Of a stretch of DNA of 64,000 bases, positions 30,583 to 41,326 are shown in pieces; within the stretch, counting starts at the first letter, position 1, and each line of letters begins with the position of its first letter. This DNA comes from Armatimonadota bacterium (GTDB lineage: Bacteria > Armatimonadota > HRBIN16), in contig OY781964.1 of the NCBI GenBank assembly GCA_963677485.1, forward strand, positions 4,416,001 to 4,480,000, read 5' to 3'. A program made the translations under genes and the position numbers. The notes under the pieces were generated by a model. The model saw nothing but the letters and a program-made list of their open reading frames with translations. It did not search any database and was not told the origin of the DNA.

Positions 30583-31065
30583 ATGGCAAACTACCTCTAC
30601 GACGTAGAGTATCTAAAATCTATCTTGCCACATCGTTTCCCTATGCTACTGGTTGACCGCATATTGGAGATGGATCCGGGTAAGCGAGCCGTAGGCTTGA
30701 AGAACATCACGATCAATGAAGACTACTTCAATGGTCATTTTCCCCAGAAAGCGGTCATGCCTGGCGTGCTTCTCCTCGAAGCCATGGCCCAGGTTGGTGC
30801 TGTTATGTTGCTGGCATTGCCAGAACAAAAGGGTAAACTGACGTTCTTTACCGCAATCAACAATGCGAAGTTTCGCAAGGTCGTCGTTCCTGGCGATACC
30901 TTGATCTCCGAAGTGACCGTTCTACGGTTCCGCGGACGCAACGGTAAAGTGAGTTGTGTAGGGAAAGTAGACGGGGAAGTTGTCGTTGAGGCAGAGATGA
31001 TGTTTGCCCTCATTGACCCACCTGTATCCGATACCGACAATACGGAAGAAGGCGGCGAAGAGTAG
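30583..31065 (+). CDS. fabZ: 3-hydroxyacyl-ACP dehydratase
   Basis: LPHRFPMLLVDR, GHFP, MPGVLLLEAMAQ. Confidence 0.97.
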   Translation: MANYLYDVEYLKSILPHRFPMLLVDRILEMDPGKRAVGLKNITINEDYFNGHFPQKAVMPGVLLLEAMAQVGAVMLLALPEQKGKLTFFTAINNAKFRKVVVPGDTLISEVTVLRFRGRNGKVSCVGKVDGEVVVEAEMMFALIDPPVSDTDNTEEGGEE

Positions 31066-31901
31066 TGAGTTCATCTTCTGAGTTCCCGGGCGTCCACCCA
31101 TCGGCTGAAATACATCCTACAGCGGTCATTCACCCCACTGCAGTGATCGGCGAAAATGTTAAAATCGGCCCTTTTTGTTGCGTTGGGCCAGACTGTTCCA
31201 TCGGCGATGGCACCATCCTGAAAAGTCAAGTTGTGATTGACAAACGTACTACGATTGGTAAAAACAACCAGATTCACGCAACAGCGGCTATAGGCGGCGA
31301 TCCTCAAGACACGAAATACTCTAATGAACCAACTTCACTGGTCATCGGTGATGGCAACATCATCCGTGAGTTTGTCACCATCCATAGAGCCACTGGCGAA
31401 GGTGGCGTGACAACGATCGGCAATCATAACATGATTATGAGTTATTGCCATATCGGACACAACTGCGAGATTGGTAACAATATCATTATTGCGAACCAGG
31501 TTGGCCTTAGCGGCCACGTTGTGGTTGAAGATAATGTCGTGTTCGGTGGTATGGTGGGTGTTCACCAGTTTACCCGCATAGGAAAGCTCTCCATGATTGG
31601 CGGGTTATCGAAAGTGGTGCAGGACGTACCGCCGTTTGTGTTGGGCGACGGAAGGCCGTTGGAGATTTTAGACCTCAATACGATTGGTCTTCGGCGGAAC
31701 CAGGTCTCATCAAGTGTCCGTGCGGGTCTCCGTCAGGCATATAAACTGCTTTATCGAAGTAAGTTGAATGTGTCTCAGGCGATTGAGGCCATCGAACAAG
31801 AGATAGATCCAAGCCCAGAGCGTGACTATCTGCTTGATTTCATGAAGAGCATTCGCACCGGCTTTGGTGGACGTGCTTTGGATCCTCGCCGTCAAAAATA
31901 A
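31065..31901 (+). CDS. lpxA: UDP-GlcNAc acyltransferase
   Basis: IHPTAVI, GGDPQD, IREFVTIHRAT, HIGHNC, VHQFTRIG, QDVPPF. Confidence 0.97.
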   Translation: MSSSSEFPGVHPSAEIHPTAVIHPTAVIGENVKIGPFCCVGPDCSIGDGTILKSQVVIDKRTTIGKNNQIHATAAIGGDPQDTKYSNEPTSLVIGDGNIIREFVTIHRATGEGGVTTIGNHNMIMSYCHIGHNCEIGNNIIIANQVGLSGHVVVEDNVVFGGMVGVHQFTRIGKLSMIGGLSKVVQDVPPFVLGDGRPLEILDLNTIGLRRNQVSSSVRAGLRQAYKLLYRSKLNVSQAIEAIEQEIDPSPERDYLLDFMKSIRTGFGGRALDPRRQK

Positions 31902-31902
31902 C

Positions 31903-33060
31903 ATGAAAATGTTGTTTTGCTCTGCAGGAGAAGCCAGTGGTGATGGATCATGCGCAAGTTTGATCCATCAACTTCGTTTGTTGACTCCACAGATGCGTAT
32001 TGAAGGTATCGGGGGGCCAAAACTTCGAGCTGAAGGTGTCAACCTTTGGCACGATACGTCCCACTGGGGGAGTATCGGTCTGGTTGAGGCGTTAAGAAAG
32101 CTGCCAGTGGTATGGTTGACCTCGCTTATTGTGCGCACCAGGATGTTTTTCAGTCGGCCAGATGCGTTGCTTCTGGTCGATTTTGGTGCTTTCAATGCAC
32201 GACTGGCGCAGTGGTACAAGCGTTGGGTTGGTGGTGATGTATATTACTACTTTCCGCCGAGTAGCTGGCGGCAAAACCCCACTTCACAATGCGATCTGGC
32301 AAACTACACCGATCTGGTCATCACGCCTTTTCCCTGGTCGGCCACCTATCTCAAACAAAACAACGTCAATGCCTATTTCTATGGCCATCCGATGCTGGAT
32401 ACGCTTGAGAATGCCACCCCACGAGATGAGTTTAGAGCCATGGTTGGGGTTGATGAGCAGTCTGTTTTAGTTGGCTTACTTCCCGGCAGCCGCCGGCAAG
32501 AGATCCGGCATAATACAGCAGCCATGGTGCAGGGCATCAAGCTCTTGATGCAGCACCATTCCGAGGTGGAAGTCGCGGTGGCCATCGGGAACCCATCTGA
32601 ATGCGACTGGATATTGAAGCAGTTCAGTCAAGCTGGTGTGTCTGTCAAAGCAACAGAGGACTCGCATGGACTGATGCGGGCAGCCGACATGTTGTGGAGT
32701 TGCAGCGGAACCGCCACGCTGGAAGCCGCGGTGCTGGGAACTCCTATGATCATTATGTATCGAGGATCGAAGCTGCTGGAGTTCGAGTATCATCTTCTGA
32801 AGCATAAGATCTCTATGTTTGGGATGCCGAACCTGATCTATGGCTCGAAAATCATACCCGAATTGGTTCAGAATGAGGTCAACCCACAAAGGCTGTTAAC
32901 CGAAAGTGAAAATATCTGGCCAGGAAGTCCTGGTGCGATGAAGCAGACTGAAGCGTTGGACCATATCAAGCAGCAGCTTGGCTCACCAGGGGCCACCCAG
33001 AAGGCTGCCCAGCTCATTGCGCAACGCCTGGCTTCGATACCCACCAAGAGGAGTAAGTAA
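31903..33060 (+). CDS. lpxB: Lipid-A-disaccharide synthase
   Basis: AGEASGD, GHP, LLPGSRRQE, SGTATLE, PELVQ. Confidence 0.95.
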   Translation: MKMLFCSAGEASGDGSCASLIHQLRLLTPQMRIEGIGGPKLRAEGVNLWHDTSHWGSIGLVEALRKLPVVWLTSLIVRTRMFFSRPDALLLVDFGAFNARLAQWYKRWVGGDVYYYFPPSSWRQNPTSQCDLANYTDLVITPFPWSATYLKQNNVNAYFYGHPMLDTLENATPRDEFRAMVGVDEQSVLVGLLPGSRRQEIRHNTAAMVQGIKLLMQHHSEVEVAVAIGNPSECDWILKQFSQAGVSVKATEDSHGLMRAADMLWSCSGTATLEAAVLGTPMIIMYRGSKLLEFEYHLLKHKISMFGMPNLIYGSKIIPELVQNEVNPQRLLTESENIWPGSPGAMKQTEALDHIKQQLGSPGATQKAAQLIAQRLASIPTKRSK

Positions 33061-33069
33061 CACCTGCAA

Positions 33070-34812
33070 GTGAATAACAAACAGCGCGAAGACATAGTAT
33101 TACAAAAGCAGTTATGGCTCGGTATCAAACCGCACCTGAAGTATGTGATTCTGGGTTTGATCTGTGCAGGTCTGGCACAGGCCATCAATATCAAGATTTT
33201 GGATCAAACGCGGCTGGTGGTGGATGCATCGACCATCACAAGGGACATCCGGGTTTTGAACCGTGTAAGCCTGTTTGTGTTATTTGGGTTTTTGCTGAAA
33301 TTCGCGTTTACTTTCGGCAACCTCTATTGGCTGCAGTTGGCCTCCAACAGGTTTACTCGGGACCTCCGTGACCGGGTGTTTGTCCATCTACAGGAACTGT
33401 CGTTAAGCTACTACAGCCAACGCCGTACCGGTGGATTGATATCTCTGCTGACCAATGATATCAATGCAATAGCCAGCGGCGGAACCATGTTGAAGGACTT
33501 GGTGGCGGCCCCAGTGGGTGCCGTCGGCGGTCTGTGCATGTTGTTTTATTACTCATGGAAACTGGCACTGATTGCGCTGGTATTAGTGCCCATCATGGCG
33601 TGGGTTATTCGCGGCATAGGGAGGCGCATCAGGCGTATCACCGCCGTGTCGCAAGGGCGGCTTGAAGAGGTGACAGCCACCATGCAGGAGTGTATTGCAG
33701 GCATTCGAGTGATCAAGGCGTTCACCGCTGAACCGCGGGAGATATCCAAATTCAAAGGACAGAATTTTGGAGCCTATAAGGCGACTATGAAGGGTGTGGT
33801 GGCCACCGCCACTTTGAAGCCTTTGATCGAGCAGATTGGGGCTTGCGGAATTGCTTTTGTGCTGTGGATGGGAGGGCGTTTGATTGTTGATGGACAGTTG
33901 ACGTTCGGAGCACTGGCCAGCTTCCTATTGATGCTCAACCTGGTGGCCCAGAGTATGCAGCAGGTAGGGGGGCTTAACAGCACGCGGCAACAGATGCTGG
34001 CAGCCGCGGAGCGCATATTTAGGGATATCCTGAACCATCCGGCCACAGACCACGACGACCCCAGTATGAAGCCTATGCCAGCCATCAAGGGTGACATCCA
34101 GTTCAACCATGTGAACTTCTCATACGGTGATGACCAAGAGGTTCTGCAAGACGTAAATTTCACGATTGCGCCAGGCAAGGTGATCGCATTAGTGGGTCCC
34201 AGCGGTTCTGGTAAAAGCACGATGGCTGACCTCATCCCGAGGTTTTATACACCCAGCAGCGGGAAGGTCTATATTGATGGTATCGACATCAGCCAGGTGT
34301 CTCTCTCATCACTGCGCAAGCAGATTGGTATTGTGCCCCAGGAGACGATGCTTTTTGCTGGTACCATACGTGATAACATCGCTTATGGACGGCCGGATGC
34401 GACTGATGAACAAGTGGTTGAGGCCGCGAAAGCCGCTAATGCCGACCTCTTCATTGAACGGATGCCCGAAAAATACCTCACGACGGTGGGTGAACGTGGC
34501 ATACGCGTGTCGGGTGGCGAACGGCAAAGAATCGCGATTGCGCGTGCCATTTTGAACAACCCGCGGGTGTTGATACTGGATGAAGCCACCAGCTCACTGG
34601 ATACAGCGTCTGAAAAACTGGTGCAGGATGCACTGGATAAGTTGATGCAGGCAAGATCGACTCTGGTGATAGCACACAGGTTAAGCACGGTGATCCATGC
34701 TGATATGATACTAGTTCTTGACCGTGGACAGATTATAGAACGCGGAACACATTCGGAACTCATCGAATTGGGCGGCACTTATGCAGGCCTGTTCAAGACG
34801 CAATTCAGTTAG
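33070..34812 (+). CDS. msbA: Lipid A export ABC transporter MsbA
   Basis: Fused TM/ATPase, GPSGSGKST, VSGGERQR, DEATSSLD; located in the lpx cluster. Confidence 0.88.
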   Translation: MNNKQREDIVLQKQLWLGIKPHLKYVILGLICAGLAQAINIKILDQTRLVVDASTITRDIRVLNRVSLFVLFGFLLKFAFTFGNLYWLQLASNRFTRDLRDRVFVHLQELSLSYYSQRRTGGLISLLTNDINAIASGGTMLKDLVAAPVGAVGGLCMLFYYSWKLALIALVLVPIMAWVIRGIGRRIRRITAVSQGRLEEVTATMQECIAGIRVIKAFTAEPREISKFKGQNFGAYKATMKGVVATATLKPLIEQIGACGIAFVLWMGGRLIVDGQLTFGALASFLLMLNLVAQSMQQVGGLNSTRQQMLAAAERIFRDILNHPATDHDDPSMKPMPAIKGDIQFNHVNFSYGDDQEVLQDVNFTIAPGKVIALVGPSGSGKSTMADLIPRFYTPSSGKVYIDGIDISQVSLSSLRKQIGIVPQETMLFAGTIRDNIAYGRPDATDEQVVEAAKAANADLFIERMPEKYLTTVGERGIRVSGGERQRIAIARAILNNPRVLILDEATSSLDTASEKLVQDALDKLMQARSTLVIAHRLSTVIHADMILVLDRGQIIERGTHSELIELGGTYAGLFKTQFS

Positions 34813-34821
34813 GATGTAAAT

Positions 34822-35499
34822 ATGGACGAAAAAGCAGAAAAACCAGGTTTGTGGGAGCGGAATAGACCCAGAGTGCTGTCGGCATTGGTGTATGGACTGG
34901 CAAAATCTATTTTGCGCACACTGGACATCAACGTCATCAATCCTCCGCCATGTATGAAGGGAGAACCGCATGATGGGGCGATACTGCTGGGCTGGCATGG
35001 CCGGTCACTCATCCCAGCCCATGTGTTTACTGGTAAGGGCTTTCTAGCTTTGATATCGCTCTCACGGGATGGTGAGATACAGAACCACATATTTAACAGA
35101 TTTGGTTTCAAAACCATCCGCGGTTCTACGGGAAGAGGTGGGCTTAAAGCCGCTTTGATTGCAGCCAAACGGGTGCGAGATGGCGAAGTGCTGGCCTTCA
35201 CCCCTGACGGGCCTCGAGGACCGATCTACCAGGTGCAGATGGGGGCTATTATCATTGCCCAGAAGTCCGGACGCCCGATCTACTGTGCCGGCAACGCCGC
35301 GAATCCAGCACGATTTCTACCCACTTGGGATAAATACATGATCCCTATGCCGTTTGGCAGGGCAGAGTTTGTGTTCGGTGATGCCATCACGGTGCCAGCC
35401 GACGCCGATGAGCATCAGCTTGAAGCTATCCGCAAGCATGTGCAAAATGAAATGAACCGACATCAGCAAGAGGCTGAAGACCGGGTCGGCTTGAAGTGA
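34822..35499 (+). CDS. DUF374 lysophospholipid acyltransferase (LpxJ-like late acyltransferase)
   Basis: WHGR, SLSRDGE, IRGSTGRGG, TPDGPRGP, WDKYMIPMPF. Confidence 0.88.
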   Translation: MDEKAEKPGLWERNRPRVLSALVYGLAKSILRTLDINVINPPPCMKGEPHDGAILLGWHGRSLIPAHVFTGKGFLALISLSRDGEIQNHIFNRFGFKTIRGSTGRGGLKAALIAAKRVRDGEVLAFTPDGPRGPIYQVQMGAIIIAQKSGRPIYCAGNAANPARFLPTWDKYMIPMPFGRAEFVFGDAITVPADADEHQLEAIRKHVQNEMNRHQQEAEDRVGLK

Positions 35500-36779
35500 T
35501 TCTCGCCATCTACAATGTGCTGCTGTTGGTCGCTAGTCCCATCCTGCTGGTGTGGCTGCTCATGCGGCTTGGAGCAGGCAAAGGGCGTATCGGATGGAGT
35601 GCACGGCTGGGGTTCCTACCGAAAAACACCGACACCACCAGACCGCTGATCTGGATACACGCCGTGTCCGTCGGTGAGGTGATCGCAGCCCAACCGCTAC
35701 TTCAAGTGATCCGCAAGGAGATGCCACAGGCCCGGCTGATGATGACCTGCATCACCGATACTGGTTTCGAAACCGCTCAGGCGCATGTGGGCAAAAGCAT
35801 TGATGTAGTCACCCAACTCTCCATTGACCTGTTACCCTGCGTGGCACTGGCGATGAGCCGCGTGAAGCCAGATGCGCTGGTGTGTATGGAGACGGAGATA
35901 TGGCCGAACCTGATCGCTTGTGCTCGACGTCGAGGTATACCGGTCATGATCGCCAACGGGCGGATTTCTGACAAGAGCTATCCGAAGTATATGAAGGCCA
36001 GACTGCTGATCGCCGACACGCTGCGTCGCGTGAGCTGTATCTGCACACAGTCATCGGGTGATGCGGAACGCTTCAAAGCGATTGGCGCCGTTGCCGATCG
36101 TGTGGTCGTCACCGGAAATACGAAGTTTGATGGTGCCGCTGGAATACCGGACGTAGACAGGGTGCAGTACCGCAACCAGCTTGGTCTGCCGGACACGGGA
36201 GCGGTGCTGGTCATTGGCAGCACCCGAGCTGCTGAAGAGGAGCTCATCGTTGCGGATGCCTACGCCCAGTTGTTGATACAACATCCCGATCTTTGCCTGG
36301 TGTGGGCACCACGACATTTGGAGCGCAAAGCCGATGTGGTCACTGCGTTAACCGATAAGGGATGTACCCCTTGGCTGCGCTCAGATGGAACACCATCACA
36401 GCCTGCTCAGCAGATCGTGCTGGATACTTTTGGTGAGTTGGCGAAGGTGTATGCGCTCGGTGAGGTCGCGGTGATCGGTGGGAGTTTTGTGCCGCTGGGG
36501 GGTCAGAACCTTCTGCAGGCACTCGCATACGGGCTTCCTGTGGTTCACGGGCCGTACATGCAGAACTTCCGCGATATCTCCGCGATCTGTATGGAACGTG
36601 GCTTGAGTTTTGTGGTCAAAGACGCACACGAGCTGGCTGACACCCTTCACAATATCTTGAGCGGCGGGGCCTTACGCGAGCGTGTGAGGGTTACCGCTCA
36701 GAAGGTGATTGCGGAGAACTCAGGGGCATCGCAACGGATGTATGACGCTTTGCACGCCATGATGTCAACAAACCGATAA
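35496..36779 (+). CDS. waaA: Kdo transferase
   Basis: WIHAVSVGE, ETEIWPN, NGRISDKS, GNTKFD, APRH, GGSFVPLGGQN. Confidence 0.95.
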   Translation: MILAIYNVLLLVASPILLVWLLMRLGAGKGRIGWSARLGFLPKNTDTTRPLIWIHAVSVGEVIAAQPLLQVIRKEMPQARLMMTCITDTGFETAQAHVGKSIDVVTQLSIDLLPCVALAMSRVKPDALVCMETEIWPNLIACARRRGIPVMIANGRISDKSYPKYMKARLLIADTLRRVSCICTQSSGDAERFKAIGAVADRVVVTGNTKFDGAAGIPDVDRVQYRNQLGLPDTGAVLVIGSTRAAEEELIVADAYAQLLIQHPDLCLVWAPRHLERKADVVTALTDKGCTPWLRSDGTPSQPAQQIVLDTFGELAKVYALGEVAVIGGSFVPLGGQNLLQALAYGLPVVHGPYMQNFRDISAICMERGLSFVVKDAHELADTLHNILSGGALRERVRVTAQKVIAENSGASQRMYDALHAMMSTNR

Positions 36780-38229
36780 GCAGTAGAATGACCAGGCTGG
36801 GGATATCGCCCAAACGGGTATAAAGTGTCTTGGCGGTGATCAAGCCTACTTCGCAGTTGAAGCTGCTATCTTTGTATTTCGGCGTTGTGCGCAACACCTC
36901 GCCAGTTGGGCTGAATAGCCCCGATATCCCTGTCAGTGCCGATCGCACCAGCCATCTGTGGTGTTCCGCGGCACGCAGAGCACTGAACTCAAAATGCTGT
37001 TGTGCTGCGGGAGAATTCCCAAACCAACTGTCATTGGTCACCACACACAGCAATCTGGCCCCCTTACTGACCATCTGCTGGCTGACCCATGGCAATGTGC
37101 TTTCGAAGCAGACTGGCGAACCGATACGGTAGCTTGTTAATATGTCCGAAGTGTGCCCGGCTGTTCGGTCACCGAAGTTCGCACCAAATTGAGCCACCCA
37201 CGGCATGGCGTTGCGGTAGGGGATATACTCACCCCAGGGTATGAGGTGCTGTTTGACGTAATGCGTGATTTGGCCGTTATCATAGGCGCTGACCGCATTA
37301 AAGCTGTCCTTGCCCACAGTCCATCCTCCACCCGCCAATATCGTGATACCCTGTTTTGATATCGCCGCCAACCCTTCATCAAGCATCCCAGGAAACGTAT
37401 CTGGAAGGTAGGATTCGGGATAGACCAGCAGGTCGCTATCCATGTTGCGCGCGATCTGAATACCCTGCTGAGCTTTTTCAAGCACCTTCGGTATGGTTTG
37501 GTATTCGGGTGTGTGGGTGACTTCGATGTTCGGTTGTATGACTGTTACTTTGAGGGTAGGGGTGCTCTGGTTTGTGTGGAAGATCGTCGTAGCCCCGTAG
37601 ATAACACAGCACACTATTAATATGGCCGTGGTGTAGAGCGGACGCACGCTTTTTGCCCGGTATGCATCGAAGATGGCCATATTCACAGCCACTATAAGCG
37701 CACTCAAGCCCCAGGAGCCCAGCAGCGACACGGACTGAAGGATGAGCAGCTCGCGGCTTTGGCTGACCGCCAGTTGGCCCCAGAGAAACCCAAACATACC
37801 GGAGCTTCGTAGGTACTCCAGCACAGCCCATATTGCACCTGCCAACATCGGACTTGCGAAATTGCGTCTGGACAACGACCACACGATAACTGCAAACAGG
37901 CAGGGGTAGACTGCTTCCACCACTACACAGAACAGCCACGGAAATATTCCCATCCATGCCTTATCTGCATGAGAACCGATAAAAGGCACTAGCCAGGAGA
38001 TATGCAACCCAAAGAACACCAGCCCCCAAAGGAAGCCCGCTTTAGCTGCTGATTTCCATGTGCTGCACTTAACCAGTGTCGCAAGGAATGGAATCAAGCC
38101 TATCCATGCCACCCATGCCCAGCCGATCGGCTGAAACGCCAGTTGCATGATGACGGCACTGAGAATCAATGCGCCTGATGATTTGAAGGGGGCGGTGTGT
38201 ATCCGACGGAATATTGTGAATCCTGGCAT
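36691..38229 (-). CDS. lnt: Apolipoprotein N-acyltransferase
   Basis: Multi-TM N-terminus, QPNI, YPES, KQHLIPWGEY, VCFES, TNDSWFG, RAAE, TGIS. Confidence 0.94.
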   Translation of the reverse strand: MPGFTIFRRIHTAPFKSSGALILSAVIMQLAFQPIGWAWVAWIGLIPFLATLVKCSTWKSAAKAGFLWGLVFFGLHISWLVPFIGSHADKAWMGIFPWLFCVVVEAVYPCLFAVIVWSLSRRNFASPMLAGAIWAVLEYLRSSGMFGFLWGQLAVSQSRELLILQSVSLLGSWGLSALIVAVNMAIFDAYRAKSVRPLYTTAILIVCCVIYGATTIFHTNQSTPTLKVTVIQPNIEVTHTPEYQTIPKVLEKAQQGIQIARNMDSDLLVYPESYLPDTFPGMLDEGLAAISKQGITILAGGGWTVGKDSFNAVSAYDNGQITHYVKQHLIPWGEYIPYRNAMPWVAQFGANFGDRTAGHTSDILTSYRIGSPVCFESTLPWVSQQMVSKGARLLCVVTNDSWFGNSPAAQQHFEFSALRAAEHHRWLVRSALTGISGLFSPTGEVLRTTPKYKDSSFNCEVGLITAKTLYTRLGDIPSLVILLLIGLLTSWRAKRHTSVAMPLSSPQSPSER

Positions 38230-40238
38230 TACCGCTTATACCGCGGGTCATTGGGGATCATCTTCTTGAGGCGGTTGATCTCGTCACGTAACTCAGCCGC
38301 TTTCTCAAATTCGAGCGACTTCGCAGCTGCTTTCATGTCGCGCTCCATATCAGCAATCGCCAGATGGATGTCTTCTGGTGTGGCATGTTCACCAAGGGTG
38401 GGCTTGATGTTATATGTGGTGTGGGATTCAGCCGCCTTATCAAACCGGACCACATCACGAACCGCCTTCACAATTGATTCGGGCACGATATTGTTTTCTT
38501 GGTTATATTTCTGCTGGATTACGCGCCTGCGGTTCGTCTCGCGAATCGCCCGCTCCATGCTGCCCGTAATATGATCGGCGTATAGAATCACCTGACCGTT
38601 GATATGACGGGCGGCACGGCCGATGGTCTGCACCAGTGCGGTTTCGCTGCGGAGGAAGCCTTCCTTATCGGCATCAAGGATCGCCACCATCGAGACCTCT
38701 GGAAGGTCTAGTCCTTCGCGAAGCAGGTTGATGCCGATCACGACGTCATAAACCCCCAGCCGTAGGTCGCGGAGTATCTCCTGCCGACCGATGGTATCCA
38801 CATCGCTGTGCAGGTAGTTGACCTTCAAACCGAGCTCTTCAAAATACTGTGTGAGCTCTTCACTCATCTTTTTGGTGAGTGTGGTGACGAGCACCCGTTC
38901 GCCGACCTCCGAGTGTAGTTGAATCTCATTTACGAGGTCGTCGATCTGACCCTTCACAGGACGGACGATGACCTCAGGATCGATCAAGCCGGTAGGGCGT
39001 ATGAGCTGCTCCGCGGTGACCTTGCTGAGGCTGTTCTCTAATGGTCCGGGTGTAGCAGAGACATACACGATCTGGTGGGTCAGCTTCTCAAATTCATCAT
39101 ATCGTAACGGACGGTTATCGAGTGCGGAGGGCAGCCGGAAGCCATAATTGACCAGCATGGTTTTGCGTGACCGGTCGCCGTTATACATGCCGCGTATCTG
39201 CGGAACCGTCTGGTGGCTTTCATCGATGAACATCAAAAAGTCTTTAGGGAAGTAGTCCAGCAATGTATAAGGACGTTCGCCAGCTTTTCGGCCATCAAAG
39301 TAGCGGGAGTAGTTCTCAATTCCGCTGCAGTAGCCTATCTCTTTCATCATCTCAATATCAAACTCTGTGCGCTGGCGGATACGCTGAGCTTCGATCAGCT
39401 TGTTCTGCTCCTCGAACAACCGCTCCTGCAGTTCCATCTCCTGGCGCACTTCCTTGATGATGCCGTCCATTCGGTCCCACGGCGTGACGTAGTGAGTGGC
39501 TGGGTAGATACTCACCTGATCAAGCATGTCAATCACTTCGCCAGTGACCGGATTAAGGGTCACGATACGCTCCAGGTCGTCCCCGAAGAACTCAATACGG
39601 ATGCATGTGTCATCGTCCGCGGGGGTGATGTCCACCACATCGCCACGAACCCGGAAGCTGCCGCGTTCGTTCGTGAAGTCATTGCGTTTGAACTGCATCT
39701 TCACGAGGTGCTTCAACACATTGTCGAAGTTATACTGTTCGCCAACCTGGAAGGAGAGCATCTGGGCGACATACTCTTCGGGGTCACCCAAGCCGTAGAT
39801 GCAGCTCACCGAGGCGATGATCACCGTGTCACGGCGTTCCAGCACGCTCTGTGTGGCGGCATGGCGCAGACGGTCGATCTCATCGTTGATGGCCGAGTCC
39901 TTCTCGATGAAAGTGTCTGTCTGCGGGATGTAGGCTTCTGGCTGGTAATAGTCGTAATAGGAAACGAAATATTCTACTTTGTTGTTTGGGAAGAACTCAC
40001 GGAACTCTTGGCAGAGCTGTGAAGCCAGGGTCTTGTTGTGGGCGAATATCAGCGCAGGCCGCTGCAGCTTCGCGATGACCGCTGCCATGGTGTAGGTCTT
40101 GCCTGATCCGGTGACCCCTAGAAGGGTCTGATGCTGGTTTCCAGCATTCAAGCTGTTGACCAGTGTCTGGATGGCCGTCGCCTGATCACCTCGTGGTGTA
40201 AACTTGTTATTCAGTTGAAAGAGTTTAGAATTATCCAC
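38229..40238 (-). CDS. uvrB: Excinuclease ABC subunit B
   Basis: [40 protein letters not shown] domain. Confidence 0.98.
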   Translation of the reverse strand: MDNSKLFQLNNKFTPRGDQATAIQTLVNSLNAGNQHQTLLGVTGSGKTYTMAAVIAKLQRPALIFAHNKTLASQLCQEFREFFPNNKVEYFVSYYDYYQPEAYIPQTDTFIEKDSAINDEIDRLRHAATQSVLERRDTVIIASVSCIYGLGDPEEYVAQMLSFQVGEQYNFDNVLKHLVKMQFKRNDFTNERGSFRVRGDVVDITPADDDTCIRIEFFGDDLERIVTLNPVTGEVIDMLDQVSIYPATHYVTPWDRMDGIIKEVRQEMELQERLFEEQNKLIEAQRIRQRTEFDIEMMKEIGYCSGIENYSRYFDGRKAGERPYTLLDYFPKDFLMFIDESHQTVPQIRGMYNGDRSRKTMLVNYGFRLPSALDNRPLRYDEFEKLTHQIVYVSATPGPLENSLSKVTAEQLIRPTGLIDPEVIVRPVKGQIDDLVNEIQLHSEVGERVLVTTLTKKMSEELTQYFEELGLKVNYLHSDVDTIGRQEILRDLRLGVYDVVIGINLLREGLDLPEVSMVAILDADKEGFLRSETALVQTIGRAARHINGQVILYADHITGSMERAIRETNRRRVIQQKYNQENNIVPESIVKAVRDVVRFDKAAESHTTYNIKPTLGEHATPEDIHLAIADMERDMKAAAKSLEFEKAAELRDEINRLKKMIPNDPRYKR

Positions 40239-40391
40239 ATCTATTATTCTACCTCAAGCGCGTAAGGCCTTACAGTGGACGGAGGCTGTAGCTCTGGTCA
40301 CGGAATGGTGGTATCATCAACGACCAAGCAGGAATTCCAGGCCCGGCCGTCGTATAATAGTTGGATAAACCCAAATTCAGGAGGCATCATC

Positions 40392-40715
40392 ATGCAACGC
40401 ATAGGAATGTTACTTAAAGTCAAGCCCGACAAGCTCGAAGAATACAAGCAAATCCACGCCAATATCTGGCCCGACCTCATTGCTGAACTCAAAACGGCTG
40501 GGATGCGCAACTACAGCCTGTGGCTCTGCCCGGATGGCACCGAGTTCGGCTACCTGGAATGCGATGACTGGGCCGCGACCTGCGCCTATCTCGATAAGTC
40601 TGAGGTACACACCCGCTGGCAGGTTTATATGCAGAACTATCTCGACTGCCCGGTGAATGAGGGACAGGGTGGTCAGCCCGTGACCATGCTGGAGATGTCC
40701 TTCTTGATGGAGTAA
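40392..40715 (+). CDS. rhaM: L-rhamnose mutarotase family protein
   Basis: EEYKQIHANIWP, GMRNYSL, RWQxYM; GGAGG SD before ATG 40392. Confidence 0.85.
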   Translation: MQRIGMLLKVKPDKLEEYKQIHANIWPDLIAELKTAGMRNYSLWLCPDGTEFGYLECDDWAATCAYLDKSEVHTRWQVYMQNYLDCPVNEGQGGQPVTMLEMSFLME

Positions 40716-40887
40716 CCGATCCTATCCAGGTATTACACGCTGGTCGGCATCGTTCATTCGAAGCCGTACCGGCGTGTTTTGCTTTCTGGGCGTCAAGCAG
40801 CGATCCATGGGTTGACATCAGTACCATGCATCTATCATAATCATGTCATGCCATACGGCAAATACAGTCATATTTGGGGAGGTTCAC

Positions 40888-41196
40888 ATGCCAGAATGGG
40901 TATATGGACTACTCGGCTTCATCGCACTCACCGTTCTGCTAACTCTCTATTCCATGCGTGTGCGCAACTCTAGCTGGCAGGGCACTGTGGTGGAGATCCG
41001 TGAGCACAGCTACCTCGACAGCAACGAAATGCAGCAAGATGAGATGCAGATATTTTACAAGCTCGATGGCGGCGGCATAAAGAAGATGAACCTGTCTCGA
41101 TCCGCCTATTCCCAGGTCTACCCGGATCTCAAAGTGGGTGACAAGTTTATCAAGGAAAAGGGTGTGTATCATCCCAGGAGGGTCGCCGCAGGCTAG
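40888..41196 (+). CDS. Small membrane-anchored hypothetical protein (OB-fold-like)
   Basis: GGAGG SD, N-terminal TM helix, SWQGTVV, LKVGDKFIKEKG. Confidence 0.7.
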   Translation: MPEWVYGLLGFIALTVLLTLYSMRVRNSSWQGTVVEIREHSYLDSNEMQQDEMQIFYKLDGGGIKKMNLSRSAYSQVYPDLKVGDKFIKEKGVYHPRRVAAG

Positions 41197-41326
41197 ATTT
41201 CCGTGGCCTGTGAAGCATACACCGCCTTCTTACGCATCCATATAGCTCGCGTGTGCTAAAATGAAAACAGGTGATAGTGTTTCACCAACATATTGACGCG
41301 CGAGTGCGTATAAGGATGAATGCATT

